Origin: Candidatus Avidehalobacter gallistercoris
GTDB taxonomy: Bacteria; Bacillota; Dehalobacteriia; UBA4068; UBA4997
NCBI GenBank assembly: GCA_018715045.1
Contig: DVMH01000027.1
Location: forward strand, 6,306-70,305
Direction of reading: 5' to 3'
Length of the DNA stretch: 64,000 bases
The notes beneath the pieces were generated by a model. It worked only from the letters and a program-made list of their open reading frames with translations. It ran no database searches and was not told where the DNA came from. The translations under genes were made by a program, and so were the position numbers. Of the stretch, positions 27,804-37,444 are shown one piece after another (within the stretch, counting starts at the first letter, position 1; each line of letters starts with the position of its first letter).

Positions 27804-28778
27804 ATGATTATCAGACCAAGAAGACTTCGCATTAACGAAACCATGCGCGCGCTGGTGCGCGAGACTGCCATATCTGCCGACCAGCTTATCTACCCAATGT
27901 TCGTGGTGGAAGGCAAGGGCCTGAAAGAAGAAATTACCGCCATGCCCGGCCAATACCGCTATTCGGTGGATATGCTGCCCGCCGCCGTGAAAGATCTGGA
28001 ACAGGCCGGCGTCAAGCACATCATTCTGTTCGGCGTACCGGCGCCCGAAGCCCACGACGCCTACGGCACAGCAGCTTTTATCAAAGACGGCATCGTGCAG
28101 CGGGCGATCCATGAAATCAAAAGCCATAGCAATATTTTTATCACCACTGACGTATGCCTTTGCGAATACACTGACCACGGTCACTGCGGCATTTTAGACC
28201 CCGACGGCTACGTAAACAACGATAAAACGCTGGCTGTGCTGGCCAAAACCGCGCTGAGCCATGTGGAGGCAGGAGCCGATATGGTAGCCCCTTCGGATAT
28301 GATGGACGGGCGCGTCGCTGCTATCCGCCAGATCCTGGACGAAAACGGTTACATTAATACGCCGGTCATGTCCTACGCCGTAAAATACGCATCCACCTAT
28401 TACGGTCCTTTTCGGGAGGCGGCCAACTCTGCCCCGGGCAAGGGCAACCGCAAAGCATATCAGATGGATTATCACAACAGCCGCGAGGCTGAAAAGGAAG
28501 CCGCACTGGACGTGGACGAGGGCGCGGATATCATCATGGTGAAGCCCGCTTTGGCCTATTTGGATATCATCGCGAAACTCCGCCCGCAAATAAAGCTTCC
28601 ATTGGCCACATATTGTGTCAGCGGTGAGTATACCATGCTGAAAATGGCCGTTGACAGCGGCGCCGTACAACCAGAAATCATCTACGAAAGCCATATTGCC
28701 ATGCGGCGGGCGGGCGCGGATATTATCATCACCTACTTTGCCCCGGAACTGGCGCGTTTTTTGCAGGAGGCAAAATAA
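27804..28778 (+). CDS. hemB: Porphobilinogen synthase (delta-aminolevulinate dehydratase)
   Basis: 324 aa. Motifs: RPRRLRINETMRALVRET, CLCEYTDHGHCG (Zn-type cysteines), MVAPSDMMDGRV, SYAVKYAS and MVKPA. Confidence 0.95.
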   Translation: MIIRPRRLRINETMRALVRETAISADQLIYPMFVVEGKGLKEEITAMPGQYRYSVDMLPAAVKDLEQAGVKHIILFGVPAPEAHDAYGTAAFIKDGIVQRAIHEIKSHSNIFITTDVCLCEYTDHGHCGILDPDGYVNNDKTLAVLAKTALSHVEAGADMVAPSDMMDGRVAAIRQILDENGYINTPVMSYAVKYASTYYGPFREAANSAPGKGNRKAYQMDYHNSREAEKEAALDVDEGADIIMVKPALAYLDIIAKLRPQIKLPLATYCVSGEYTMLKMAVDSGAVQPEIIYESHIAMRRAGADIIITYFAPELARFLQEAK

Positions 28779-30067
28779 TGTATAAAAACAATGATAAGCA
28801 GGAAATTCTGCGGCTGGCGAACGAGCTTATGCCAGGCGGTGTGAACAGCCCGGTGCGCGCTTTCCGTTCGGTTAACTGCCAGCCAGTTATTGTAGAGAGC
28901 GCCCAAGGCGCTCACGTCACCGATATTGAAGGCAAAACGTATATCGACTATGTCTGCTCCTACGGCCCCTTGATTTTCGGCCACACTCCAGATTGGCTGG
29001 TGGAGGAAATAACACAAGCTGCCGCCAAAGGAACAACTTATGGCTTTACTACGCCGCACGAGGTAGAACTGGCTGAAATTATCCGTGACGCCTACCCGGC
29101 CTGTGAGATGATGCGTATGGTAAACTCCGGCACCGAAGCCACCATGAGCGCCATTCGCGTGGCGCGCGCTTACACCGGGCGGGATAAAATTCTGAAGTTT
29201 GAAGGCTGTTATCACGGGCACAGTGACAGTCTGCTGGTGAAAAGCGGTAGTGGTCTTTTAACCCAGGGCGTACCCACCAGCCCCGGCGTTTTAGCCTCGC
29301 TGGTAGCGGAAACGCTGGTCTGCCCGTATAATGACGCGGCGGCGCTGGAAACCATGCTGGCCGCGCACCAGGGCGAAATCGCCTGCCTGATTATGGAGCC
29401 TGTGGCCGGGAATATGGGCGTGGTCGTACCGGCAGAGGGCTATTTGAAACGCGTCCGCGAGCTGTGTGATAAGTATGGTATAGTGCTGATATTCGACGAA
29501 GTAATAACCGGCTTCCGCGTGGACTATCACTCGGCAGCCGGCGTTTGGAACGTCACGCCCGATATGGTCTGCTTCGGTAAAATCATTGGCGGGGGGTTGC
29601 CCGTCGGCTGCTACGGCGGCCGGCGTGAGCTGATGGAGATGGTATCCCCTGTCGGCCCCGTCTATCAGGGCGGCACCCTTTCCGGCAATCCGCTGGCCAT
29701 GCGGGCAGGTATCGCGGCTCTTTCGCGTCTGCGTGATAACCCAGCCTATTACGAAACACTGCTGGCAAACACGTCATATCTGGACGAGGCGATAACCAAA
29801 CTCATCAAAAAACACAATATCCCCGCCGTCACATCGCGCTGCCGCACTATGTTCTGCCTGTTCTTCACACCGCAGCCCGTCACCTGCTATGCCGATGTAA
29901 TGACTTGCGATCTGGATATGTACCGGCGTTTCTTCGAGGGAATGCTCGCCTCAGGCGTGTTGCTGGCGCCCTCGCAGTTCGAGGCATGGTTCCCCTCGCT
30001 GGCGCATGACAAGGCCATTCTCGACGAGACTATTGCCGCGGTGGACAATGTTTTTGCCATGCTGTAG
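28778..30067 (+). CDS. hemL: Glutamate-1-semialdehyde 2,1-aminomutase
   Basis: 429 aa. Motifs: PGGVNSPVRAF, NSGTEATMSAIRVARAYTGR, IFDEVITGFR and CFGKIIGGGLPVG. Confidence 0.95.
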   Translation: MYKNNDKQEILRLANELMPGGVNSPVRAFRSVNCQPVIVESAQGAHVTDIEGKTYIDYVCSYGPLIFGHTPDWLVEEITQAAAKGTTYGFTTPHEVELAEIIRDAYPACEMMRMVNSGTEATMSAIRVARAYTGRDKILKFEGCYHGHSDSLLVKSGSGLLTQGVPTSPGVLASLVAETLVCPYNDAAALETMLAAHQGEIACLIMEPVAGNMGVVVPAEGYLKRVRELCDKYGIVLIFDEVITGFRVDYHSAAGVWNVTPDMVCFGKIIGGGLPVGCYGGRRELMEMVSPVGPVYQGGTLSGNPLAMRAGIAALSRLRDNPAYYETLLANTSYLDEAITKLIKKHNIPAVTSRCRTMFCLFFTPQPVTCYADVMTCDLDMYRRFFEGMLASGVLLAPSQFEAWFPSLAHDKAILDETIAAVDNVFAML

Positions 30068-30089
30068 AAATAGAAAGGAGCATAAAAAA

Positions 30090-30866
30090 ATGACTGATTT
30101 GACTGCTAATCTGGTTAACATCGTAGGAGCAGGACCAGGCGACCCCGAGCTTATCACCGTGCGTGGTATGCATCTTTTGCAGGAAGCCGACGTAGTCATC
30201 TACGCCGGAAGCCTGGTAAACCCCAAACTGCTGGATTACTGCCACGCTGGCTGCGAGATTTTTGATTCTGCCGGCATGAATTTGGACGAAGTTATCGCCG
30301 TGATCAAAGACCGCCACGCTAAGGGCAAGCGCGTAGTGCGCCTGCACACTGGCGATCCCTCCATCTACGGCGCGATCCGCGAGCAAATTGATATTCTGGA
30401 GCAAGCCGCCATACCGTTTCGCGTCACACCGGGCGTAAGCTCGTTTTGTGCCGTAGCTGCCGCGCTGAAAAAGGAATACGTGCTACCGGAGGTCAGCCAA
30501 ACAGTGATCCTGACGCGCATGGAGGGGCGCACACCAGTGCCGGAGGCGGAAGATATCCGCAATCTCGCCAAAATTAACGCCACCATGATCATTTTCCTGA
30601 GCGTACATATGATCGATGAGCTGGTGAACCGCCTGCTCGAGGGTTACCCAGCCGACACACCCGCTGCTGTGGTATACAAAGCTTCCTGGCCGGAGGAAAA
30701 ACAGGTCGTAGGCACTTTAAGCGACATCGCACAGAAAGTGAAAGACGCCCAAATCGGCCGTACTGCGCTGGTCACCGTCGGGCGCTTTTTGGGCGACGAA
30801 TACGCACTTTCCAAGCTCTATGACAAAGGCTTCAGCCATGGCTATCGCAAGGCCAAGGTGGACTAA
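30090..30866 (+). CDS. cbiF: Cobalt-precorrin-4 (C11)-methyltransferase
   Basis: The ORF track opens at 30006 inside hemL. ATG 30090 follows GAAAGGAG. Motifs: VNIVGAGPGDPELITVRG...ADVVIYAGSLVNP and RLHTGDPSIYGAI. Confidence 0.9.
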   Translation: MTDLTANLVNIVGAGPGDPELITVRGMHLLQEADVVIYAGSLVNPKLLDYCHAGCEIFDSAGMNLDEVIAVIKDRHAKGKRVVRLHTGDPSIYGAIREQIDILEQAAIPFRVTPGVSSFCAVAAALKKEYVLPEVSQTVILTRMEGRTPVPEAEDIRNLAKINATMIIFLSVHMIDELVNRLLEGYPADTPAAVVYKASWPEEKQVVGTLSDIAQKVKDAQIGRTALVTVGRFLGDEYALSKLYDKGFSHGYRKAKVD

Positions 30867-30917
30867 CGCATTTGTCGGAAAAAGTGGTAAAAAAGGCTAA
30901 AAATTTTAATAAAACTG

Positions 30918-30946
30918 TTGACAAAACTCCCCGTATTGGATATAAT
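30918..30946 (+). promoter_or_regulatory. Consensus sigma-A promoter for the tRNA pair
   Basis: TTGACA (30918-30923), a 17-nt spacer, then TATAAT (30941-30946). Both hexamers are perfect. Confidence 0.75.
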
Positions 30947-30984
30947 AATTATTGCTTGTTGGGTATCACCGCAAGTGAGCATAT

Positions 30985-31059
30985 TCCTCGATAGCTCAAC
31001 GGTAGAGCACTCGGCTGTTAACCGAGGGGTTGTTGGTTCGAATCCAACTCGGGGAGCCA
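30985..31059 (+). tRNA. tRNA-Asn (anticodon GTT), CCA encoded
   Basis: Acceptor stem TCCTCGA/TCGGGGA. D-arm TAGCTCAACGGTAGAGCA. Anticodon loop CTGTTAA. T-arm GGTTCGAATCC. Ends in GCCA. Confidence 0.9.
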
Positions 31060-31107
31060 TATAGTTAAAGCAACTGCTCTTTCCGAACAGTTGCTTTAAT
31101 TATACCC

Positions 31108-31184
31108 GGGCCATTAGCTCAGTTGGTTAGAGCCACCGGCTCATAACCGGTCGGTCTCAGGTTCGAGTCCTGAATGGCCCACCA
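31108..31184 (+). tRNA. tRNA with CAT anticodon (elongator Met or lysidine-type Ile2; not initiator-like), CCA encoded
   Basis: Acceptor stem GGGCCAT/ATGGCCC. D-arm TAGCTCAGTTGGTTAGAGC. Anticodon loop CTCATAA (CAT at 31142-31144). T-arm GGTTCGAGTCC. G1-C72 is paired and there is no GGG/CCC anticodon stem, so it is not initiator-like. Confidence 0.85.
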
Positions 31185-31188
31185 TAAT

Positions 31189-31220
31189 AAAAGCCTCCGC
31201 TTTGCGGAGGCTTTTATTAT
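31189..31220. terminator. Bidirectional Rho-independent terminator (tRNA unit on +, vanZ-like gene on -)
   Basis: AAAAGCCTCCGC-TTT-GCGGAGGCTTTT, with A-rich flanks on the left and T-rich flanks on the right. Confidence 0.8.
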
Positions 31221-31264
31221 GGTGGCATTATTCAAAACCAGAACTGCGCCTGAATGGCTATACC

Positions 31265-31840
31265 CTATAACACCGCCTGCCAGAGCAGCCCCACCAGCGG
31301 CGGCTGCAAAAACATCATTACGGCCAGCACCAAACCCGCCAGCAGCCAAAGCTCCCGCAGCTGGCTGTCCGCCCGCCACGGCAACAGACGCGCCAAGCCA
31401 AAGCCGATGACCGCGCCCAGCGTATTGGTAATTAAATCGTTAATATCGCTGGCACGGAAGGTGAATATCTGCAAAATTTCAATTAAGCCGGAAAACGCCA
31501 GCGCCAGCAACGCCATATGCTTCAGACGGCGCAAATCCGGCCAAAGCAGCGGCGCCAGCAGCCCCAGCGGCACAAACAGCAGCACGTTCAATGCCGCGTT
31601 TTTCACGTCTGCCGCCATACCGGCAAACGGCAGTATATTTAAGTTCAGTTCCCAATGAAAATTGCCGATCCCTGGCAGCCCCACCAGCGCGCACACCGCC
31701 GCCAGATAACAGGCGAACATAAAATAGCCCGCCGTTTTACGCAAATCATGCCAATAAACTGCGTTAATAACCAGCAGCATCGGCAACAGAATAACCGCCG
31801 CAGCGCCCATTTCCAAGGCAGCCGCCCCAATTCTATACAT
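31265..31840 (-). CDS. VanZ-like family membrane protein
   Basis: The ORF track opens at 31876. ATG 31840 (MYRIGAAALEMG) has a GGAGGG RBS 8 nt upstream. Motifs: NVLLFVPLGLLAPLLW and SGLIEILQIFTFRASDINDLITNTLGAVIGFGLA. Confidence 0.7.
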   Translation of the reverse strand: MYRIGAAALEMGAAAVILLPMLLVINAVYWHDLRKTAGYFMFACYLAAVCALVGLPGIGNFHWELNLNILPFAGMAADVKNAALNVLLFVPLGLLAPLLWPDLRRLKHMALLALAFSGLIEILQIFTFRASDINDLITNTLGAVIGFGLARLLPWRADSQLRELWLLAGLVLAVMMFLQPPLVGLLWQAVL

Positions 31841-31912
31841 ATAAAAGCCCTCCACAAAACACATCACATCAAGCAAAAAATGGTCTGCTCCACGGAACAG
31901 ACCATTCTCTAT

Positions 31913-33208
31913 TTAATCCAGATAATCTTTCAGCTTCTTGCTGCGGCTGGGGTGACGCAGCTTACGCAGAGCCTTTGCTTCGATTTGACGGATACGCTCG
32001 CGCGTTACACCAAAATAATTACCAACTTCCTCCAGAGTGCGGGCTCGTCCATCATTTAAGCCGAAACGCAGCTGCAAAACCTTTTTCTCACGCGGGGTCA
32101 GAGTGTCCAGCACATCGTCTAGCTGTTCACGCAACAGGAAGAATGAAGCTGCCTCTGCCGGAGCCAACGCTTCTTCGTCCTCAATGAAGTCACCAAGATG
32201 GCTGTCCTCCTCCTCACCGATCGGTGTTTCCAGCGAAACCGGCTCCTGCGATATTTTGGAAATCTCGCGTACCCTATCCACGCTGACGCCCATACGCTTG
32301 GCGATCTCCTCTGGCAAAGGATCCCGCCCCAACTCCTGAATCAACTGCCGCTGCACGCGATTCAGCTTGTTGATCGTCTCTACCATATGAACGGGAATAC
32401 GGATCGTACGCGCCTGGTCAGCGATAGCGCGGGTGATAGCCTGGCGGATCCACCATGTCGCGTACGTGGAAAATTTGTAACCTTTGCGGTAGTCAAATTT
32501 CTCCACCGCTTTGATCAGCCCCAGATTGCCCTCCTGAATTAAATCAAGAAACAGCATACCACGCCCCACATAGCGTTTAGCAATGCTGACCACCAACCGC
32601 AGGTTAGACTCAATCAGGCGGCGCTTGGCCACCTCGTCGCCGTCCTCCATCGCCTGAGCCAGATTGACCTCCTCCTGCGCGGAAAGCAGATGAACGCGTC
32701 CGATTTCTTTCAAATACATACGCACCGGGTCATCAATAGCCACGCCGTCAGGCACAGAAAAGTCAACGTCCTCCAGCACGTCGTCCTGCTCAAGCTTCTT
32801 AAGCTCCGCCTCATCCGGCTCCTCTTCCTCGACAGCTTCATTCACCAGCTCCACACCATGCTGTGCCAGAATATCGTAGATATCCTCCATATCCTGCACA
32901 GAGAGCTCGTAATCGCCGAAAACCTCCAGCACTCCGCCGACAGTCACCTCGGTATGATTTTTCAAAACATCGTCCAGCCGTGCAGCCAGCTCTTTTTTGC
33001 TTAGCGTGGCGGCAATAGGCGCGTCAATATTCTCCGGCAAGTCGGCCAAATCAGACTCCGCTGTGAAATCCACCTCGTCCACACCCTCCGCCGAAATGGC
33101 AGCCAGTTCCTCATCGGTCGGAGCCAGTTCCTCCACATCTGCCGTCAAAATCTCGGCCAACGGTTCAGCCACAGTATTGGTTGGCTTTTTCTTATTCGTT
33201 GCAGTCAA
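31913..33208 (-). CDS. rpoD: Primary RNA polymerase sigma factor (sigma-A/RpoD)
   Basis: 431 aa with a TTG start. Acidic N-terminal region. Motifs: [95 protein letters not shown] and [30 protein letters not shown]. Confidence 0.97.
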   Translation of the reverse strand: MTATNKKKPTNTVAEPLAEILTADVEELAPTDEELAAISAEGVDEVDFTAESDLADLPENIDAPIAATLSKKELAARLDDVLKNHTEVTVGGVLEVFGDYELSVQDMEDIYDILAQHGVELVNEAVEEEEPDEAELKKLEQDDVLEDVDFSVPDGVAIDDPVRMYLKEIGRVHLLSAQEEVNLAQAMEDGDEVAKRRLIESNLRLVVSIAKRYVGRGMLFLDLIQEGNLGLIKAVEKFDYRKGYKFSTYATWWIRQAITRAIADQARTIRIPVHMVETINKLNRVQRQLIQELGRDPLPEEIAKRMGVSVDRVREISKISQEPVSLETPIGEEEDSHLGDFIEDEEALAPAEAASFFLLREQLDDVLDTLTPREKKVLQLRFGLNDGRARTLEEVGNYFGVTRERIRQIEAKALRKLRHPSRSKKLKDYLD

Positions 33209-33283
33209 TGAACAAACCTCTTTCCATAAAAACGCTTTGGCAGCCCAAAGCCTTCCCCAAACAACCTGCTTCCATATTAAATG

Positions 33284-35062
33284 CTAAAAGCTTCTGAGCT
33301 CTCTGATTTGGCGCTCCAGCCCGGCAATCTCCCGCAGCAGCCCTGCCGTCTGGTGAGGATCCGCCGCAGTCAGCCCACTTCTCAGCTTACCCAGCTGCTG
33401 CTGCAAACGCTCGATTTTAATCGCGCGAATACAACCATCGGCCAGCTCCGGCATTTTGGCAGGATCCACATCGGCCTGCACCATGCGCAGCAAAAGCTGA
33501 TATGCCGCCCCCTCGTTCAGATAACTGAACAGACTGGCTGGACGCCAATCGTATTTTTCTTTTATATTCTGTACCAAATGCAATAATTCCTGCAAAGCCG
33601 GGCTTTCTGCAAAATTTTCTCCCAATTCCGACAGTGTTCGCTCAAAAATATCGCGATTACACAGCATAAAGAACAGCAAATTCGCTTGTGTGCGCGAAAC
33701 CTCTGCCGGGGCTTCGCGCATATCGCCATAGGAAGGCTTGGATACCGGACGCGGTTTCTCCTGATATTTTTTCGGACGCAGCTCGGTATAAATTGTTTCC
33801 GGCGAAACGCTCACCGCCCGCGCCAACAGGTTAACGACGCTTTCGACCTCCACCGCGTCAGTACATTCGTTCAGATAGGGCTTAAGCGCCTGCACCGCCG
33901 CCACCTTGCCGGGAACGCCACTCACATCATGTTCTGCCAGCGCCTTGTTCAATTTGTGCTGCCAGAAATCTACTGTTTGGTTATCCGCCAGCTTGTCCCA
34001 CTCAATTTTGCCGTATTTATGCAGAAACTCGTCAGGATCAAGATTATCCGGCAACGTCAACAACCGCACGTCAAATCCTGCCAAGTGCAGCATATCCATA
34101 GCCCTGTCCGCAGCGTTCACTCCGGCGCTGTCGCCGTCATAGACCAACAGCACGCGCGTGGTATACCGCCGCAGCAGCCTGATATGATCTTCAGTGAACG
34201 CTGTTCCAAGAGACGCAATAGCGTTGGTCACGCCGAACTGGTGCGCCGCCAGCACGTCCATATACCCCTCCATCAGCACCACCCTGTCCTCCTTGCGGAT
34301 AGCGGAAGCCGCCTGAAACAAGCCGTACAAATTCTGTGATTTATGAAAATAATACGTCTCCGGCGAGTTCAGGTATTTCGGCTGGCCGTCGCCCATCATC
34401 CGTCCGCCGAACGCCACCACTTGACCGCGGTAATCATAGATTGGGAAGATCAGGCGATGATGAAACTTATCAAAAAAGCCAGCGCTGGCCTCGCGGCGGC
34501 TTATTAGCCCGGCCGCCTCCAACTCAGCAAACTCAAAGCCCTGAGCCAGCAACGCTTTGGCCGCGCCGTCCCAGCCGTCCGAAAGTCCCAGTCCAAAACG
34601 CTGCGCCACTTCCGGGGCAAGCGCACGTTCCACAAGATACTCCCGCGCCGCGCGTCCGGCCTCACTCCACATTGTACGGTAATAGTGCGTGGCCGCCGCT
34701 TTCATTAAATTAAAATAGCGCCGCCTTTTCTGCATGGCTGCCGTTTCCTCCGGCGTCGCCTGCTCGCGCGGCATTTCCAACCCCACCATGCCAGCAGCTT
34801 TCTCCACCGCCTCAGGGAAGCTCAAACCCTCAATCTCCATCAGAAACTTCAGCGCATTGCCGCCCTTGTGGCAGCCGAAGCAATAGAATATCTGCTTCTG
34901 CGGCGAGACGCTGAATGACGGAGTTTTCTCATTATGAAACGGGCAGAGACCGACCAGATTGCGCCCCTGTTTCTTCAGCGAGACGTAATTGGATACGACG
35001 TCCGCCACGTCCAAGCGCGCGTTGACCTCCGCCACAAATTCTTCCGGAATCATTCTTGCCAC
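33284..35062 (-). CDS. dnaG: DNA primase
   Basis: 592 aa with a GTG start after GGGGAGAG. Zn-finger CPFHNEKTPSFSVSPQKQIFYCFGCHKGGN. TOPRIM region VVLMEGYMDVL...LLVYDGDSAG. Confidence 0.95.
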   Translation of the reverse strand: MARMIPEEFVAEVNARLDVADVVSNYVSLKKQGRNLVGLCPFHNEKTPSFSVSPQKQIFYCFGCHKGGNALKFLMEIEGLSFPEAVEKAAGMVGLEMPREQATPEETAAMQKRRRYFNLMKAAATHYYRTMWSEAGRAAREYLVERALAPEVAQRFGLGLSDGWDGAAKALLAQGFEFAELEAAGLISRREASAGFFDKFHHRLIFPIYDYRGQVVAFGGRMMGDGQPKYLNSPETYYFHKSQNLYGLFQAASAIRKEDRVVLMEGYMDVLAAHQFGVTNAIASLGTAFTEDHIRLLRRYTTRVLLVYDGDSAGVNAADRAMDMLHLAGFDVRLLTLPDNLDPDEFLHKYGKIEWDKLADNQTVDFWQHKLNKALAEHDVSGVPGKVAAVQALKPYLNECTDAVEVESVVNLLARAVSVSPETIYTELRPKKYQEKPRPVSKPSYGDMREAPAEVSRTQANLLFFMLCNRDIFERTLSELGENFAESPALQELLHLVQNIKEKYDWRPASLFSYLNEGAAYQLLLRMVQADVDPAKMPELADGCIRAIKIERLQQQLGKLRSGLTAADPHQTAGLLREIAGLERQIRELRSF

Positions 35063-35241
35063 CAGCTACTCTCCCCGCCGTTACTATCTGCCCAAAGCGC
35101 TTTTGTTTATCGCCCAAAAGTATTCGCCGCGCGGTGGGCATTATCCTTTTTTCCGCACGACAGTCAAGGCGCAGGCAGCCTGTTCGTCGGTATATGTTGC
35201 CCAAACCGCCGCCAAAATATACCAATTATACCAGCCGCCTG

Positions 35242-36207
35242 CTATATGCCTAAGCCTGCAAATAATTTCATCGCATAGGAATCCGACATACCCGCAATAT
35301 AATCGCAGGCAGCACGGCGTACATCGCCAAGACGCAACAGCTCCGGCGGCAGCAGCTCCGGCCGGCTCACAAAATGGTCGAAAGCATAATTCAGCTTCTC
35401 TTTCAGAATCTCCTCCTGTCGAATGGCCTGCGGCGTGCGGTATACCCGTTCAAACAGGAAGTTCCGCAGCTCGTCCATTGCCTGCGCCTCACGCTGGTTC
35501 ATGCGAATACCGCATAGATCCTGCGACGCTTCAATAACGGAAAGTACCATCGCGTTAATACGCTTGCTGTTGGTGGCTCCCAGCACCGCCACCGCATTCT
35601 GCGGCAGCTCGCCAGCGCGGATCAGCCCCGCTCGCATCGCATCGTCGGTGTCGTGGTTCACATAGGCCATGCGGTCAGCCAGCTGAACCAATTCACCCTC
35701 CAGAGTCAGGTTTTTCAACCCGCCAGAATGATGCAATATGCCGTCGCGCACCTCAAACGTCAGGTTCAGACCCTGACCTTCCTTTTCCAGCACGTCCACA
35801 ACACGCAGACTTTGCTCGTTATGGCGAAAGCTGCCGTATATCTCGTTCAGCGCCCTCTCGCCGGCATGGCCGAAAGGAGTATGCCCCAAATCGTGCCCGA
35901 GAGCGATGGCCTCAGTCAAGTCCTCGTTCAGGCATAAAGCGCGGGCAATCGTGCGCGCAATCTGCATAACCTCCAGCGTATGCGTAAGACGCGTGCGGTA
36001 ATGATCACCGTCCGGCGCGATGAACACTTGCGTTTTCATCTTCAGCCGCCGAAAACTTTTGCAGTGGATAATACGGTCGCGGTCACGCTGAAAACAGGTA
36101 CGCACAGGCGATTCCGTCTCCTGCTGGCGCCGCCCCCGGCTGTTTGCAGCATGCGTGGCCTCCGGCGCCAGCAGCACCGCCTCTCTCTCAAAAGCGTCTT
36201 TCAGCAT
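35242..36207 (-). CDS. dgt: dGTP triphosphohydrolase-like HD-domain protein
   Basis: Start MLKDAFERE at 36207 (GGAGGG RBS). Motifs: FQRDRDRIIHCKSFRRLKMKTQVF, HYRTRLTHTLEV and LGHDLGHTPFGHAGE. Confidence 0.85.
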   Translation of the reverse strand: MLKDAFEREAVLLAPEATHAANSRGRRQQETESPVRTCFQRDRDRIIHCKSFRRLKMKTQVFIAPDGDHYRTRLTHTLEVMQIARTIARALCLNEDLTEAIALGHDLGHTPFGHAGERALNEIYGSFRHNEQSLRVVDVLEKEGQGLNLTFEVRDGILHHSGGLKNLTLEGELVQLADRMAYVNHDTDDAMRAGLIRAGELPQNAVAVLGATNSKRINAMVLSVIEASQDLCGIRMNQREAQAMDELRNFLFERVYRTPQAIRQEEILKEKLNYAFDHFVSRPELLPPELLRLGDVRRAACDYIAGMSDSYAMKLFAGLGI

Positions 36208-36301
36208 GATAAACCCTCCCCGGCGCAACTGCGCCCACTGTTTTATCGAGAGTTTTCGCCAAAGAAGCAGCTATTTCCTGCCACACCGACTAAATCTGGC
36301 G

Positions 36302-36694
36302 CTAGCGTTTGTCAGGCAGGCGTTTGCCCGCCATAAAAGCCTGAAAATCCGCCTCGCTGATCACATATTTGCGCCCAACGCGGCTACTCTTAAGCTCGCC
36401 GCTTTTCACCAGCTCGCTGATATAGGCATAGCTTAGAGATAGCTTTGCCATCAGCTGGCGTATGGTGTAACCGTCCTCACCCCCGCCCGCAGCCCGGCGC
36501 TGGCAAAACTCCTCCGCCTGCCCGCGTTCGATAAAAAACCGTCTGCCAATGCGATAGGCGCTGATTTCACCCAAATCAATCGCCCGCTTCACAGTACCAT
36601 AGCTAACGCCAGCAGCTTTCGCCACCTCCGCCGGGGATAGATAGTCACGCAGCGTATCATTGCCGCACTGATTTTTTTTGTCAATTTCTGTCAT
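36302..36694 (-). CDS. Small DNA-binding protein with two tandem excisionase/MerR-type helix-turn-helix domains
   Basis: ~130 aa. Repeat 1 reads YLSPAEVAKAAGVSYGTVKRAIDLGEISAYRIGRRFFIERGQAEEF. Repeat 2 reads YTIRQLMAKLSLSYAYISELVKSGELKSSRVGRKYVISEADFQAF. The start may be ATG 36694 or TTG 36709. Confidence 0.65.
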   Translation of the reverse strand: MTEIDKKNQCGNDTLRDYLSPAEVAKAAGVSYGTVKRAIDLGEISAYRIGRRFFIERGQAEEFCQRRAAGGGEDGYTIRQLMAKLSLSYAYISELVKSGELKSSRVGRKYVISEADFQAFMAGKRLPDKR

Positions 36695-36765
36695 TGTTAA
36701 ACCCTCCAAGCTGTGCTTTTCTGCTTACAATTTATGAGCAGAGCATTGTATTTAGACTGGCATAT

Positions 36766-36794
36766 TTGCATTTTCAGCGCATTTATGCTAGAAT
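36766..36794 (+). promoter_or_regulatory. Predicted promoter for the HD-domain gene
   Basis: TTGCAT (36766-36771), a 17-nt spacer, then TAGAAT (36789-36794). Confidence 0.5.
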
Positions 36795-36850
36795 ATATCT
36801 GTTCTGGCCGTCACAGGCCACCATCATTCAGCTGAAAGGAGGCGTTTATT

Positions 36851-37396
36851 TTGACGCCGATTAAAGCCACGGCCTCGCATAAGAATCTGGCTAGCGAGGA
36901 TACTCATCTGGTGCGGGAATACCGCACTCTGGTAGACGATTTGCTTGCTGCTCCGGAATTTGCCCAACTGGCCGATTGCCGCCATCATAAAATGAACCGC
37001 CGCCAGCACGCGCTGAACGTATCATGGTATGCCTTTCTGCTCGCCCGCCGTTGCCGAATGGATGTGGCAGCCTGTGCGCGCAGCGGCCTGCTGCATGATT
37101 TATACTATTATAACTTCCGCGACGAGGACTGCGGTAAAAGCGAACATATCAAAAACCACCCGCGGCTGGCGTTGGAAAATGCCAGGGCGCTGACCAACCT
37201 TTCCAGCCGTGAGGAGGATATTATTTTAAACCATATGTGGCCGATGAGTGTAGAGCGCCGACTTCACTTCAAGGAAACATATCTGGTGGCCTGCATCGAC
37301 AAAATGTGTTGTCTGTTGGAGCTTTTCGCCGTGGCATGGCAGGGCAGCAAACGCGGCGCCCGGCGTGTCTGGCAGAATCTGCGCGGCCAAAACTAA
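36851..37396 (+). CDS. HD-domain phosphohydrolase family protein
   Basis: 181 aa with a TTG start after AAAGGAGG. Motifs: HHKMNRRQHALNVSWYAFLLA...GLLHDLYYYNF and HPRLALENA. Confidence 0.6.
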   Translation: MTPIKATASHKNLASEDTHLVREYRTLVDDLLAAPEFAQLADCRHHKMNRRQHALNVSWYAFLLARRCRMDVAACARSGLLHDLYYYNFRDEDCGKSEHIKNHPRLALENARALTNLSSREEDIILNHMWPMSVERRLHFKETYLVACIDKMCCLLELFAVAWQGSKRGARRVWQNLRGQN

Positions 37397-37444
37397 GCCT
37401 TACCCCCGCGCCTCGCGGGGCATTTTTTTTTGAGGAGGCACGCC

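Noticed and set aside
30863-31379. ORFs 30863..31060 (-), 31119..31379 (-) and 31174..31410 (+) overlapping the tRNA genes and terminator.
   Set aside because: The MAPRVGFEPTTPRL... and ...DSNLRPTGYEPVALTN peptides are the classic translation of tRNA T-arm/acceptor sequences. tRNA cloverleaves explain this DNA.
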